Source of the DNA: Actinomycetota bacterium
GTDB lineage: Bacteria > Actinomycetota > UBA4738 > JBBDHU01
DNA: 64,000 nucleotides
Assembly (NCBI GenBank): GCA_040880465.1
Contig: JBBDIK010000012.1
Location: 2,353-66,352 of the forward strand
Reading direction: 5' to 3'
Shown: one piece after another, positions 62,592-64,000 of the stretch
Position numbering within the stretch: the stretch's first letter is position 1
Layout: each line of letters begins with the position of its first letter
The notes under the pieces: generated by a model
The model's input: the letters and a program-made list of their open reading frames with translations, nothing else
Database searches by the model: none
Told to the model about the DNA's origin: nothing
Translations under genes and position numbers: made by a program

Positions 62592-63388
62592 GCGGCGGCC
62601 TCCTCCGGCGAGGGCGAGGTTGCGGGCAGGACCGCCGACGACGCGGACTGCGAGGCGGTCCACGCGGCGAACTCCTCGGGCGAGACAACCGTCACGTGGA
62701 ACGTCATGTACGCGTGGTTCCAGCCGCACAGCTCGGCGCAGGCGCCGTGATAGGTGCCCTCCGTCGTCGGCGTCACGTCGAATTCGGTCGTGCGACCGGG
62801 GATCGCGTCGCGCTTGAAAAGGAACCCCGGCACCCAGAACGCGTGGATCGTGTCGTTGGACGTCAACACGATGCGCGTCGTCTGGCCGGACGGCAGGACC
62901 AGCTCCGGGCCTTCGCCGACGGCATCGTCGTTGCCGACCGGCTCGCTGACCACTTCGACGCCCTGCTCGGGATACGTGAACCGCCAGCCCCACGCGAACG
63001 CCTCGACGTTGACGACCAGATCCGGGTCGGGTGCGACGGCGGTGACCTCGTTCTCCGTTCCGACGGAAAGGAAGAACAGCCCGACGACGATCACGATCGG
63101 GATCACGGTGTAGACGATCTCGAGCGGGAGGTTCTCGCGGAACGACGCGCCGCGGGCGCCCTCGGGGTCGCTCCGACGCCGTCGGTAGCGGATGATCGAC
63201 CACGCGATCAGGCCGTATACGATGAGCGCCACGACGATGCCGGCGATCATGAAGACGTTCCACAGGTCCAGGGTCGCCTCGCCCTGCTTCGACGCCGGAT
63301 CGGGCATGCCGTACCGGGCGCCACAGGAGACGGCCAGCAGCGAGAGGGCGGCGAACGCAGCCGCGCGGACGAGAAGGCCGCGCTTCAA
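62588..63388 (-). CDS. ctaC: cytochrome c oxidase subunit II
   Basis: CuA site HGACAELCGWNHAYM and lipoprotein-type signal LSLLAVSCG. The inferred TTG start at 63388 overlaps the qcrB stop (TTGA). The longer ORF-track start would overlap qcrB by 150 nt. Confidence 0.85.
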   Translation of the reverse strand: MKRGLLVRAAAFAALSLLAVSCGARYGMPDPASKQGEATLDLWNVFMIAGIVVALIVYGLIAWSIIRYRRRRSDPEGARGASFRENLPLEIVYTVIPIVIVVGLFFLSVGTENEVTAVAPDPDLVVNVEAFAWGWRFTYPEQGVEVVSEPVGNDDAVGEGPELVLPSGQTTRIVLTSNDTIHAFWVPGFLFKRDAIPGRTTEFDVTPTTEGTYHGACAELCGWNHAYMTFHVTVVSPEEFAAWTASQSASSAVLPATSPSPEEAAA

Positions 63389-64000
63389 GACTCCTCCACG
63401 TCGTCGAACCCTCCGGCCGCGTTGCGCCGCAGCACCATCCGCGAGTGTTTCGAGATCGGATGCGCGTCCCGCCGTTGCAGGTCCCGGCAGACGCGCCACG
63501 TGGCCCATCCGGCGACCGGCGGCACGACGAACACCAACCACTTCAGGACCGAGTTGAACGTGTCGACCTCGATGTTCAGCATCTTCGAGAGCACGTCGTT
63601 GCTGCCCGCGATCAGCAGCACCGTCATGAACGCGATCCCGGCCGCTCCGATCCCGCTGCGGACCGGCGCCTCACGCGGCTTCTGCGCGAAGTTGTGCCAG
63701 CCCTTGTCACCGGTCACGCGAGCTTCGATGAACGGCCAGAGCGCCAGGACCGTGAACATGATCCCGGGGATCACGACCGAGGGTAAGAACAGCTCACCGA
63801 TCGTGTGGCCGAAGACCGTGAACTCCCAGTTCGGCCACAGACGTAACAACCCCTCAAGCCACCCGGCGTAGTAGTCGGGTTGGGCGGGGGACGGTCCGGA
63901 GTACGGGACGAACTGCCCGTAGAGCCACACCGGGTTGATCTGGAACAGCCCCCCGAGCGCGACCAGGATCGCGAACGTCATGAACCCCAGTCCGGTGGAT
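63385..64000 (-). CDS. qcrB: cytochrome bc1 complex cytochrome b subunit, C-terminal part (gene continues beyond the window)
   Basis: INPVWLYG..VPY...AQPDYY and downstream TM helices, typical of actinobacterial QcrB. The frame stays open to nt 64000. Confidence 0.8.
   Translation of the reverse strand, partial: STGLGFMTFAILVALGGLFQINPVWLYGQFVPYSGPSPAQPDYYAGWLEGLLRLWPNWEFTVFGHTIGELFLPSVVIPGIMFTVLALWPFIEARVTGDKGWHNFAQKPREAPVRSGIGAAGIAFMTVLLIAGSNDVLSKMLNIEVDTFNSVLKWLVFVVPPVAGWATWRVCRDLQRRDAHPISKHSRMVLRRNAAGGFDDVEES

Overview
High-G+C actinobacterial-type chromosomal segment. Supporting signs are an actinobacterial-type CtaF, Tat signal peptides, GTG/TTG starts and many 4-nt ATGA/TTGA stop-start overlaps. 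About 65 protein genes are supportable, plus three intact tRNAs (Met-CAU and two Val-UAC) and one tRNA-Asn 3' fragment. No rRNA, CRISPR array, transposase or recombinase gene was recognised. Most of the window is ordinary housekeeping and metabolism: two dimethylglycine/sarcosine-dehydrogenase-like genes, amine oxidase, DEAD-box helicase, Lrp and TetR regulators, formaldehyde dehydrogenase, an MMPL transporter, ABC-F ATPase, SURF1, acyl-CoA ligase and qcrB-ctaC-ctaD-ctaF. The stand-out region is 22.8-30.4 kb. Starting at a bona fide tRNA-Val, five direct copies of a ~170-bp element punctuate a string of short, unrelated gene cassettes. Three copies are complete, one is cut off inside the anticodon loop and one is cut off inside the arm. 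Each element is a ~105-nt conserved arm carrying three pairs of tandem sub-repeats, then a ~20-nt variable linker, then a tRNA-Val 3' half. The cassettes are 0.8-1.8 kb and mostly encode secreted proteins, lipoproteins or unknowns. A second tRNA-Val(UAC) sits inside the array, and arr (rifampin ADP-ribosyltransferase) plus a GNAT gene lie just past the last, truncated copy. No integrase is present in the array or anywhere in the window. I read this as a tRNA-anchored, att-site-delimited cassette array: an integron-like array, or a tandem accretion of cis-mobilisable elements served by a recombinase encoded elsewhere. That reading is inference, whereas the repeats themselves are directly visible. 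All coordinates and alignments were done by eye, and no similarity search or G+C computation was run.
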